From positions 1 through 34,024 of the forward strand of contig JBEPUU010000002.1 in NCBI GenBank assembly GCA_041691355.1: a stretch of DNA of 34,024 bases, in the 5' to 3' direction. The stretch's first letter is position 1; every line of letters begins with the position of its first letter. Positions 8,528-16,873 of this stretch are shown here, in pieces. The position numbers and the translations under genes are program-made. The DNA comes from a bacterium. Lineage in GTDB: Bacteria > Patescibacteriota > Microgenomatia > Levybacterales > UBA12049. The notes beneath the pieces were generated by a model. It searched no databases, was not told the origin of the DNA, and saw only the letters and a program-made list of their open reading frames with translations.

Positions 8528-10185
8528 CGTATATGTTTGAAGATCATAACTTTGGGATGATCATATACAGTAAATGCTTCTTCGGCATTATCATCAGGAA
8601 TGGTGAGGGGTATTCCAAGGTATGCAAGTGATGGGTATGAGGTAAATTCTGCAACTTTTTTGTAATTTGTCTTTCCGGCAAAAAGATTTTGATAAAATTT
8701 CGTCATTTGTGGATACCGCTCGGGGACTGTTGGGATACTTCCCCATCCGCGATTTGAAGATAGAATAAGATAGTCACCTTGGCCAAGTAATGAATCCATT
8801 TTGTTCCATTTTTCCGGTGCATCAGGATCAAATACTGGAAGTTCTTGAATTGTATAGCTGTTTGGTGGTATTCCATCCATTGGTAACGGCAGTGCATCAT
8901 CCCAGCTCTCAGTCAGAAGAACACTTTTTACCGGAATGTGTGTGTAGATCCAATTCGATGCAGAGACTCGGGTGACAGGATGCGTATAAATTGAGAAAAA
9001 GAGAAGTGGCCAAATAATAACAATCAGAAGAAGCACGGCTTGGATATATTTGTTGGTTTGTTTAGAAAAATAGGTAAATCCGATTCCTGCAAGAAGCGCA
9101 AGAAATGGATAAAGGGTGAGAAAGTATCGCATTGTTTGTACTGATTGTAATGATTGATAGAGGAAAAAAAGAACGACCCACATAAAAATAACGCAAAGAT
9201 CTGTATGTCGAATTTTTCTAATAAGATAATATCCTCCCAATACACTACAAAATGTAAACCCGATTCCTACACCATACAGAACTAGATTTTTCAATCCGAA
9301 AAGAATAGGTGTTTTGTGAATCCACTGGACACCTGGTGGATACCAGCCCTTAGGATCGCTGAGCGCTTGGAGTTGTTTTAAGTTCGCAAGGTAGAGTTGA
9401 CTGATTTGTGGGTCGAGCAAATTCCCATTTTGGAAAAGATATGGATCAGCTATTCTTCCAACAATATACGCTGTAATACCAAAAAACACTAAGTCTCTGA
9501 CTATTTTGAGAAGATCTTTTTTAGGAATTTTTCGTTTTACATCATAGGTATTAACAAAAAAATAGAGAAGAAGTGGCGAGATGAAAACAGCAGTAACTTT
9601 TGAGGCGAGAGCAAGTCCGAAAAAAAGTCCGCTGAGAAGTAGCCAGCGACGATTTTTCGTAAAAGAGAAACGAAGACAGGTGTAAAATGAGATAAAGACA
9701 AATGCATTGAGAAATGTATCAACCGCAAAAAAATGGGAGAGTTGAATTGGCAGAACAGCGATTGCATAAAAGAGTGCTGCCCAATATTTTATGTGCTGAT
9801 GAATTGCATATTTCTTTTCAAATAGTTCAGCTGTTTTGAAAACCATAACAACGACTATCAAATCAAGAAATCCCGAGAGAATTCTTCCAAGCAGTGTAAT
9901 GTCATTGTAGCTATCGCCATTTGTAGCAATGGCAACAACCTTATTCAGGATTACAGGAAGAGCACCATAAACATAAAATGAATAGCCGATATTGGCAGGA
10001 TTCATGGTGGAGATATGAGGATTGAGGTAGTCAAGAAATGTATGAGGTACCTGCATTGAGCTCCCTACCATTGTCAGAAATCGTTCATCGGGATGAAGAT
10101 GTTTATTTTGATCCCAATTAACGTCACAAAATCTGAAGATTGCACCAATCATTATGATTCCAATGAGCAACAATTTTCTCTTCAT
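8524..10185 (-). CDS. GT-C fold membrane glycosyltransferase (PMT/GT39-like), HPDER-motif paralogue A
   Basis: 553 aa. First-loop HPDERF (the DE motif of PMT-type GT-C enzymes). About 10 or more TM helices. C-terminal soluble domain ends FTVYDHPKVMIFKH. Confidence 0.8.
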   Translation of the reverse strand: MKRKLLLIGIIMIGAIFRFCDVNWDQNKHLHPDERFLTMVGSSMQVPHTFLDYLNPHISTMNPANIGYSFYVYGALPVILNKVVAIATNGDSYNDITLLGRILSGFLDLIVVVMVFKTAELFEKKYAIHQHIKYWAALFYAIAVLPIQLSHFFAVDTFLNAFVFISFYTCLRFSFTKNRRWLLLSGLFFGLALASKVTAVFISPLLLYFFVNTYDVKRKIPKKDLLKIVRDLVFFGITAYIVGRIADPYLFQNGNLLDPQISQLYLANLKQLQALSDPKGWYPPGVQWIHKTPILFGLKNLVLYGVGIGFTFCSVLGGYYLIRKIRHTDLCVIFMWVVLFFLYQSLQSVQTMRYFLTLYPFLALLAGIGFTYFSKQTNKYIQAVLLLIVIIWPLLFFSIYTHPVTRVSASNWIYTHIPVKSVLLTESWDDALPLPMDGIPPNSYTIQELPVFDPDAPEKWNKMDSLLGQGDYLILSSNRGWGSIPTVPERYPQMTKFYQNLFAGKTNYKKVAEFTSYPSLAYLGIPLTIPDDNAEEAFTVYDHPKVMIFKHIR

Positions 10186-10225
10186 TCTATTATTGTAGCA
10201 TGATAATTCATGAGGTTTAAAATCA

Positions 10226-10843
10226 TTATTCTTTTATCTCTGCAACGACTCGGATAGGTGAGCCATCAAGAGAAAGTTTGAGTGGAAATGCATAGATGGT
10301 GAATTGTTTATCTTTTAATGAGGCTAAATTTGTGAGATTTTCGAGAATTAATATATCGTTTTGTAAAAGAAGTTTGTGTATAACAACTGTCTGCTGATCA
10401 ACGCTGCAGGTATCAACTCCGACCATCTTGATCTGTTTTTCAACAAGATAGTGTGCAATGATTTCTGGAATAGCCGGATAGTTTTCAAAATACTCAGGTT
10501 TAGAATATAACTCGTCCATGCCGGTATGAAATAAAACGATATCAGCTTTTTGGATATCTGTCTGTTTAATACTCTCTAAATCAAACTGATTATTCTCAAC
10601 TTTTATATATACTCCCCTACCTGTAAATGTTTCAACAGAGAATTGATCAAGTCCTTTTCCTCCTTCGAGCATATGTCTAGGGGAGTCGATATGTGTTCCA
10701 GCGTGTGTGCCAATGCAAAGATAATGATCTTCATACCCATCTGTTGATAGATTTCCTGCAGGTTTTATTTCTGTTGAGGGATCTCCTGGATATACAGGCA
10801 TGGTTTCGTTGATCGAGACTGATAAATCTATAAGTTTCATCAT
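10226..10843 (-). CDS. cyclase-family metal-dependent hydrolase (arylformamidase/kynurenine-formamidase fold)
   Basis: Diagnostic HxGTHxDxPxH motif present as HAGTHIDSPRH. 205 aa. Its start codon directly abuts the stop of the upstream GT-C gene. Confidence 0.85.
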   Translation of the reverse strand: MMKLIDLSVSINETMPVYPGDPSTEIKPAGNLSTDGYEDHYLCIGTHAGTHIDSPRHMLEGGKGLDQFSVETFTGRGVYIKVENNQFDLESIKQTDIQKADIVLFHTGMDELYSKPEYFENYPAIPEIIAHYLVEKQIKMVGVDTCSVDQQTVVIHKLLLQNDILILENLTNLASLKDKQFTIYAFPLKLSLDGSPIRVVAEIKE

Positions 10844-12493
10844 TTAACTATTTTTCTTAAAAATAAATACCGTTGGTCTATCAAAAACTGATGATGTTTG
10901 TTCCCACCAGTATACTGGGTCGTTCAGGTATGTTATTTTGCAAAAGATATCGCATGGTGTTTCATATATTTTGTGAAAGCCCAGAGTTCCATTGAGTAGT
11001 GATGTGTAGAATACATAGCCTTTGGGAAAACGTAGAGGATTTTGAATACGTAACTGCAAAATGCGCTGACTCGGAAGAATAATATATTGTGCTTGTGAGA
11101 TTTGTTGTTGCAATAGTGTCTCTGTGGCGTCCATTGAGTTATTATCCAAATCATAGAACTGGAATGTCGTAATATGAGGAAAAGCATCTTGAAATGTAAC
11201 AAGTCCCATATCTGCGGGCTCTGAAAGAATTTGGGAATCAAGGGGGATTGCATGCCGAGTAAATGTAACAGCTGCAATTCTCGAATCTGTATTGATAAAT
11301 GAAGTTTTGAAATACGAGAATGCGAAGACGATGCAGATGATACATATGATACTTGTCACCAATTTTTTGGTTTGTTTACCAAAAGAAAAAGAGGTTATCC
11401 CTAGTGCTATTGTGAGATAGATAAATGGAAGTGTAGGCATCATATACCTTGTCCACTTAACAAAAAGAAATGCTTGCGAACATAAGAGAATTAAGAAGAA
11501 AGAAGCAAGGAGTAAGGTTTGACTATTTTTTTGCCTGAAAGTTATAACGAGAAGACAAATAAATGCAGGGATAAAAAGAATTGTTACAAGTGGATTAATG
11601 AGGAGCGGATAGACGTGCAAGAACTGATAGATCACTGGAATTGTGTTAGGGAAAGCACCAGTATAAAAGACAGGCAATGTCCCAAGTGCGACACCCGATT
11701 CGTAGTGCATACTTGATAAGAAATCTTTTTGATCAAGAAAGACGAACGGATTAGTAATGATATATACGAGTAGTGAAACGATGATAAATAACAAAGAATT
11801 CTTCAAAAAATGTAAAAAGCCTGAAAGTTTGATGCTGTGAGTTTTTTTAAATGAATGCATAAGAAAGAGAGCGAGAGGAATCGGAAGAAGTGCAAGGGAT
11901 GTGACTTTGATCGCAACAAGCATCCCAAAGATAAGTGCTGCAAGGATAAAATATAGTCTCTTTGGTTTATCTAAATAATTGAGGCATACCCAAAACAACA
12001 GAGCACCAAAAAATGTAAGCCACATTTCAAATGTCCCAAAATGGGAAAATTGCGTAAATCCCACGCTCATTGTCCCCAAAAATGCAGCCAGAAGACCCGT
12101 ATGTTCATCTTTAAGTTTTCTCCCTAGGACAAAAAGGATCGGGATAAGAAATGTTGCAAAGAAAGCAGAATACGCTCTTCCGATAAGAATTGCCTGGTCA
12201 AACGTTGCAGTGAACGGCTGTGTTTGTGTTCCCAGCTGCATCAGTTGTGAAATATAGTTTGATATAAGACTTGTAAGGTAGATTACATAAATCGGAAGAG
12301 AACCATATGCGAAAAATCGAGGATTCATTTGATTTGGAAAATGCAATTGGGTCACTGCACTGGCAATATTGCGCTCATCAGGATGAAAATAATATGGTGC
12401 GCCCCAGCTGAGATTGTAGAAATGCAAAAGTATTCCAATTAGAGTAAGAAAGGATATAAGAAAAAAGTTTTTATATTTTTTAAACAGTCTCAT
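10844..12493 (-). CDS. GT-C fold membrane glycosyltransferase (PMT/GT39-like), HPDER-motif paralogue B
   Basis: 549 aa. First-loop FHPDERN then MNPRFFAYGSLP (compare MNPANIGYSFYVYGALP in paralogue A). C-terminal domain ends SVFDRPTVFIFKK. Confidence 0.8.
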   Translation of the reverse strand: MRLFKKYKNFFLISFLTLIGILLHFYNLSWGAPYYFHPDERNIASAVTQLHFPNQMNPRFFAYGSLPIYVIYLTSLISNYISQLMQLGTQTQPFTATFDQAILIGRAYSAFFATFLIPILFVLGRKLKDEHTGLLAAFLGTMSVGFTQFSHFGTFEMWLTFFGALLFWVCLNYLDKPKRLYFILAALIFGMLVAIKVTSLALLPIPLALFLMHSFKKTHSIKLSGFLHFLKNSLLFIIVSLLVYIITNPFVFLDQKDFLSSMHYESGVALGTLPVFYTGAFPNTIPVIYQFLHVYPLLINPLVTILFIPAFICLLVITFRQKNSQTLLLASFFLILLCSQAFLFVKWTRYMMPTLPFIYLTIALGITSFSFGKQTKKLVTSIICIICIVFAFSYFKTSFINTDSRIAAVTFTRHAIPLDSQILSEPADMGLVTFQDAFPHITTFQFYDLDNNSMDATETLLQQQISQAQYIILPSQRILQLRIQNPLRFPKGYVFYTSLLNGTLGFHKIYETPCDIFCKITYLNDPVYWWEQTSSVFDRPTVFIFKKNS

Positions 12494-12501
12494 ACAGTAT
12501 T

Positions 12502-13779
12502 TTACTTACCTATCAAGCGGGACACTTTCTCTCCCAATTCTACTGCGTAATTCGTACCACGATCCCATGGGTAGACTTGTTCGATATTTGCCAAAAAGAC
12601 ATGTGGAAGTGGGGTTGTCATCGAGGGAATTACTTTAGAATAATTTGTCGGTACGATTGGCTGGGCAAATGGTGCCTTAAATAGTTCTGTTCCAATAAGA
12701 TATTTTTTATAATCAGGATTAATGCGTTTGAGAAGCGGATCATAATACTTGAGAGTTTGTTCTTTGTCTTTTTGAAAAAGTTCTGAGTCGGGTGCTGGAT
12801 AATTGCCAACATATACCAAATGCTCATTATTATAGTGAGATTTGTCCATAAAATTTGTATGCTCAACAACTACCATAACTGGGGCATTTTGTTCACAAAT
12901 GCTCAGCCAATACGTCCCGTCATGTAAGAATGGTTCTTTTAATCTGAGAAGCAAATTTGTAGCACCCAGTCCTTTGAGTCGGATAAGTCTATTTCTATAC
13001 TCATCAGGTAATTGAGGAACAAGTTTGAGAAATAGAAATGATGGGAGAGTTACAATCGTTTTATCAAACAGGGCACTTTTTTCTTTGCCTTCAACTTTCC
13101 AGGCAACTGTAGTTTGATTTTCATCTTTTATATTGCCAACTTCTACATTGAATAACACTTTCCCACCTTTTTTCTCTATTGCTTTGACCAGTGCTTGGGC
13201 GAAAGGTAAAAATCCTTTTTCAGGATAGGCAAGTGATGGGGTGCGTTTTTTTATTCGGCTCCAAAACCACACGAGGGAAACATCATCAGCATACTCCCCC
13301 ATCTTGTTTCGCAGTTGTACCTCCCAAAGCATACTGTAAGCTCTTTTTCCCATTGTTTTGGTAAGAAATTGATTTGCATTTATTTTTTCAAGAGGTTTCC
13401 AAAATGGATTGAATCGCAAAAATGCAAGAACCGCTGCCATACGTAATTTTTCATGCATGGGGAGTTCTGGAAATCTAAGAAGTGCCAAGGGGGAGTCAAG
13501 TTGATATCTCTTATCGTTAAGGAAAGCTGAAGTTTTTGGGCGTTTGATAATAACAGGATAATTAATTTCTTTTGCGAGATTGAGAATATGATCATCATTG
13601 GTGAACCAGTGATGGTAATGTTTTTCAATTGTCCATTCCCAACTTTTTTCTTTAAATCCAATTGCCAGTCCACCTGGTTGAGGGTCTTTCTCAAAAACTG
13701 TGACATCATGTCCGTTTTTTACCAGTTGGTATGCTGCGGAGAGGCCGGTAAATCCTGCGCCGATTATTGCAATTTTCAT
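12502..13779 (-). CDS. FAD-dependent oxidoreductase (amine-oxidase / protoporphyrinogen-oxidase / UGM-like flavoprotein superfamily)
   Basis: N-terminal dinucleotide fold KIAIIGAGFTGLSAAYQL...VTVFEKDPQPGG. 425 aa. Substrate cannot be assigned from sequence alone. Confidence 0.8.
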   Translation of the reverse strand: MKIAIIGAGFTGLSAAYQLVKNGHDVTVFEKDPQPGGLAIGFKEKSWEWTIEKHYHHWFTNDDHILNLAKEINYPVIIKRPKTSAFLNDKRYQLDSPLALLRFPELPMHEKLRMAAVLAFLRFNPFWKPLEKINANQFLTKTMGKRAYSMLWEVQLRNKMGEYADDVSLVWFWSRIKKRTPSLAYPEKGFLPFAQALVKAIEKKGGKVLFNVEVGNIKDENQTTVAWKVEGKEKSALFDKTIVTLPSFLFLKLVPQLPDEYRNRLIRLKGLGATNLLLRLKEPFLHDGTYWLSICEQNAPVMVVVEHTNFMDKSHYNNEHLVYVGNYPAPDSELFQKDKEQTLKYYDPLLKRINPDYKKYLIGTELFKAPFAQPIVPTNYSKVIPSMTTPLPHVFLANIEQVYPWDRGTNYAVELGEKVSRLIGK

Positions 13780-13793
13780 AGAGTGATTTTGTA

Positions 13794-15185
13794 TTATATG
13801 GCAGAGAGAAAGAATAATAAAGCGCCAATACCTATTGTGGATATCGCAGCAATTATTCCTGTCACCAGTGCGGAGCTTCCTGTCTTTGGAAGCGGAGCAC
13901 GACTTGGAACAGGCGTCAGATTTTGTGAAACAGTGGGAGTAGGTGCCTGAGTTGGGGTAACAGTTGGTGTTGGAATTGTTGTTGGAGTAGGTGCAAGAGT
14001 TGGAGATGCGGATGCAATAGGTGTTGTAGGTGTCTGAATTGGTGAGACAGATGGTTCAATAAATTTACTTCCGGCTGCATATACGGTAAAGGATCTGCTC
14101 AGAGTTTGGAGAACCCCTGTGGCATCAACTGATTTGATAGTAATTGTATGATTGCCAGATGCAAGTGCTTGAGGCGGACGAAACTCCCATGAACCGCTGT
14201 CATCACTGTGTACTGTGGTCGAAATTTCTTGTTGCGATTGGATAGTAATATCAACTTCTGTATTTGGTAGAGCTCTTCCTTGGAACAATGGTTGTCGGTC
14301 GCTGAATGCTTCGGTATCAGTTGGTGAGGTAATTTCAGGAGATGAAACAGGAGCAGGTGTTGAGAGAACTGGGAATGCGGCAGAGTTTGATGCTGTTTGG
14401 CCTGATCCAGATGCTGACTGGTCAGGACTAAGTGTGAAGTCGTAATTTTGAGAGAGAACTATCTTAGGAACTTGATTTGCCTGACTTTCAAGAAGTTTAA
14501 TCGTTGAAGTTTGGGTCGATGTAACTGCTTGTAACTGTAAAACAGTATCTGGTGTCAAGGTCGCAGCATCACTCCCAGTGGTAGTTCTCATAGTAGCAAG
14601 TGGTAATTGGTATGATCCATCCGGATTGATAAGCGTAGAAAGTTGTTGTGAGCTATCTGTTGAGACGTATATAATTCCTTCTTTGGGAATACTTCCATCA
14701 CTTTGTGCAACTGTTCCTGAAAGAATAGTCTGATTACTCTGTGGATTTATCAAAGGAGCGGCTTTTGTAATTTCACAATGAGATCCGATATTGTCTGCTT
14801 TTTGACTTCCCGAATCGATAACATAATAATATCGTGTTGCCGGGGCAAGGTTGCTGACAGTTATGAAATGTACTTGGTAGTTTGCTGCTTTGCCTGCTTG
14901 TTGATCACGATTATCAAGAGCGATGTTGGGAGTTGTCGTATCGAATCCGTATGAAATTGTTCCAACGGCGCTTGCATCAGTTGTATACGAGATGGTAAAC
15001 GACGAATCTGAAATATTACTAATTTGGATATTTTTGGGTTCACTTCCGACAGTTGCTCGTGATATGAAAATAAATGCGTTTCCACTGAGGAGTACTGTGA
15101 CACAGAGAGTCATAAGCAAGACAAAAAAACCTGCATATGACGGCAGTTTTTTGTTTAATACTCTGTTTCGTCGTTCATAGCTCAT
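13794..15185 (-). CDS. LPXTG-type cell-surface protein (FN3-like + carboxypeptidase-regulatory-like + Ig-like domains, Pro/Thr stalk)
   Basis: N-terminal signal/anchor, then an FN3-like segment (PKNIQISNISDSSFTISY...ATRYYYVI) and an Ig-like segment (FQGRALPNTEVDITIQ...GNHTITIKSVD). PT-rich stalk at ~13900-14050. LPKTG (13878-13892) is followed by a hydrophobic C-terminus. Confidence 0.75.
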   Translation of the reverse strand: MSYERRNRVLNKKLPSYAGFFVLLMTLCVTVLLSGNAFIFISRATVGSEPKNIQISNISDSSFTISYTTDASAVGTISYGFDTTTPNIALDNRDQQAGKAANYQVHFITVSNLAPATRYYYVIDSGSQKADNIGSHCEITKAAPLINPQSNQTILSGTVAQSDGSIPKEGIIYVSTDSSQQLSTLINPDGSYQLPLATMRTTTGSDAATLTPDTVLQLQAVTSTQTSTIKLLESQANQVPKIVLSQNYDFTLSPDQSASGSGQTASNSAAFPVLSTPAPVSSPEITSPTDTEAFSDRQPLFQGRALPNTEVDITIQSQQEISTTVHSDDSGSWEFRPPQALASGNHTITIKSVDATGVLQTLSRSFTVYAAGSKFIEPSVSPIQTPTTPIASASPTLAPTPTTIPTPTVTPTQAPTPTVSQNLTPVPSRAPLPKTGSSALVTGIIAAISTIGIGALLFFLSAI

Positions 15186-15190
15186 TATCC

Positions 15191-15514
15191 TTATTGACCT
15201 GTTCCTGCTGATTGCGAAGCAACAGGTGACACTTGGGGAGAAGGTGATATATCTGATGACGGTGGTGTCGTTGCCGATTGAGAACCTGTTTGTTCAAAGA
15301 GCGGATTAATATCTTCCCTAGTCTTGAGTTCTTGAATAGTCTCTTGGTCAAATGTTGGATTAATAGGATTGAGTTGAGATTGGACATGTTCATTGACAGT
15401 TGAAGTAACTTTAATATGATAAATGTTAAATCCTATCCATGCCACAACCACGACAAATGATGAAATTAAAATGAAAAGAATATCTTTTTGTTTGCGTTGT
15501 TGTCCAGGTTTCAT
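15191..15514 (-). CDS. small single-pass membrane protein with Ser/Pro-rich tail (unknown function, pilus-cluster associated)
   Basis: 107 aa. Basic N-terminus, TM (ILFILISSFVVVVAWIGFNIY), C-terminal SQSATTPPSSDISPSPQVSPVASQS. One nt from the pilO stop. Confidence 0.6.
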   Translation of the reverse strand: MKPGQQRKQKDILFILISSFVVVVAWIGFNIYHIKVTSTVNEHVQSQLNPINPTFDQETIQELKTREDINPLFEQTGSQSATTPPSSDISPSPQVSPVASQSAGTGQ

Positions 15515-15515
15515 A

Positions 15516-16133
15516 TTATTGTTTGAAATATTGTCTCCCTCGTAATGTCAGTACTAAATTACTATTTTTAGGATTTGTGCCCATTTCTACCGATTCAACC
15601 GTGATAAGGCGCGATAGTGATATAAGTTCAGATGAAAATGCAAGCATGTCATTATACTTTCCTTCCGCTTGTAGTAAGAATACGAATGATTGGACTGAAG
15701 GATTTTTCGGATTAGTTGCCATTTGTACCTCAGTGACTCGATAACTTGTAACACTAAGAGTGTGTTTTTGGGCCAAAGCAGCGACCTGAGCGCTCAGGAG
15801 TGGTGCCTCAGGATTTTGTGGAACGGCATTATAAATATTGGTTAAATTAGAACCCAGCACATTATATTGTTGTTCGAGGGAGCTTAGATTATCTATCTTT
15901 GTCTGCAATTGATGGTCTACTGTCGTGTCATCAGATAATTGTTTTTGAAGGCTAAAAATTGTTGAAAGGGTTGGATTGATTGCAAAAATACCAAAAAACG
16001 AAAGTGCGGCGAAGGTAAGCGCAAGTGTCACAAAATTGTACGCTGTTTCCTGTTGCATATTCGGAAGCAATTTGAGGTAAGCCCTATATTTATTGGCCGA
16101 GAGATTTTCAAAATAGCTTTTTGGTAATTTCAT
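15516..16133 (-). CDS. pilO: type IV pilus assembly protein PilO-like
   Basis: Start is chosen at MKLPKSYF (ATG 16133), 1 nt after the pilN stop. TM, coiled-coil (LQKQLSDDTTVDHQLQTKIDNLSSLEQQ) and C-terminal alpha/beta domain match PilO architecture. Confidence 0.65.
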   Translation of the reverse strand: MKLPKSYFENLSANKYRAYLKLLPNMQQETAYNFVTLALTFAALSFFGIFAINPTLSTIFSLQKQLSDDTTVDHQLQTKIDNLSSLEQQYNVLGSNLTNIYNAVPQNPEAPLLSAQVAALAQKHTLSVTSYRVTEVQMATNPKNPSVQSFVFLLQAEGKYNDMLAFSSELISLSRLITVESVEMGTNPKNSNLVLTLRGRQYFKQ

Positions 16134-16134
16134 A

Positions 16135-16734
16135 TTATTGATTGCTGTTAGTTTGGTACAACGAATTGGTTGTTTGTTGTTCTGTTTGTGCAAAAGGCGC
16201 TTGTTTTAGTGTTGCTGTGATAATCAAAGTTACTTGCGCATTTGTAGCACTATTTTGCACTTTATCAATAGAAACAGTCGTCACTAAAGGATAGCTTTTA
16301 AGAATATTCACAAATTGTGTAAGAGAGTCGACAGATGGTGCTTGTATCTCAATGGAAGCATTCTGCGTGTTTACTGTAATATCTTTGAAGGTAATTTTTC
16401 CTTTGCCCATTGTTATTATGTCATTAAAAATAGTTGCGGTTCTGTTACCGATTGGCGTATATTGTTTTACTGTTGAGAGACGTTTTTGGAGATCAATGAA
16501 GGATGTTTCAGCGCTTTTAAAATTATCAAGGATAAAGCTTTCACTTTTTATTTTGTCATGTAAATTGACGATTTGCATATCAAGACTAAAACGATAGATA
16601 AACGTTGCAAGCGCAACCATCTCAGTCAGAATAATGAGGAGCCGGCCGATTGAAAGTGCCCAATTAAAAAATTGTGACATGAAGCTTTCCGAATTACGTG
16701 GGAGGAGATTAATTGTTGTGTCTTTCTCAGCCAT
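16135..16734 (-). CDS. pilN: type IV pilus assembly protein PilN-like
   Basis: Conserved N-terminal INLLP motif (TTINLLPRN), single TM, periplasmic-type domain. Start is ATG 16734 (MAEKD); an alternative GTG at 16749 sits inside a leader hairpin. Confidence 0.7.
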   Translation of the reverse strand: MAEKDTTINLLPRNSESFMSQFFNWALSIGRLLIILTEMVALATFIYRFSLDMQIVNLHDKIKSESFILDNFKSAETSFIDLQKRLSTVKQYTPIGNRTATIFNDIITMGKGKITFKDITVNTQNASIEIQAPSVDSLTQFVNILKSYPLVTTVSIDKVQNSATNAQVTLIITATLKQAPFAQTEQQTTNSLYQTNSNQ

Positions 16735-16767
16735 AGCAACCAGCCGCACACATTGCGGCTTAATTCT

Positions 16768-16796
16768 AGTGTATGGCTTTTATTTATAAATGTCAA
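16768..16796 (-). promoter_or_regulatory. candidate sigma70-type promoter of the pilN-led array
   Basis: Minus strand: TTGACA (16791-16796), 17 nt, TACACT (16768-16773). A 7-bp hairpin agccgca/tgcggct (16742-16760) follows in the leader. Confidence 0.45.
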
Positions 16797-16829
16797 AGGA
16801 ATTGAGCCCTGGAAAACGGTTAGTAACTA

Positions 16830-16838
16830 TGCTATACT
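16830..16838 (+). promoter_or_regulatory. candidate extended -10 promoter for fusA
   Basis: TGcTATACT lies ~36 nt upstream of the fusA ATG. The -35 is weak (TGGAAA). Confidence 0.4.
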
Positions 16839-16873
16839 CTTTCGAGTCCCCTTCGCGGGATGATTTTTTAATT

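Noticed and set aside
10933-11277. 114-aa same-strand ORF in another frame inside the GT-C gene 10844-12493
   Set aside because: It is fully nested in a long membrane-protein CDS with consistent hydrophobic periodicity. No start signals and no motifs.
13900-14050. Repetitive gttgg(a/t)g-like DNA that looks like a tandem repeat
   Set aside because: It is the antisense of a Pro/Thr-rich coding stalk (PTPT...), so it is low-complexity coding sequence. It is not a discrete repeat element or CRISPR array: there are no unique spacers and no regular period.
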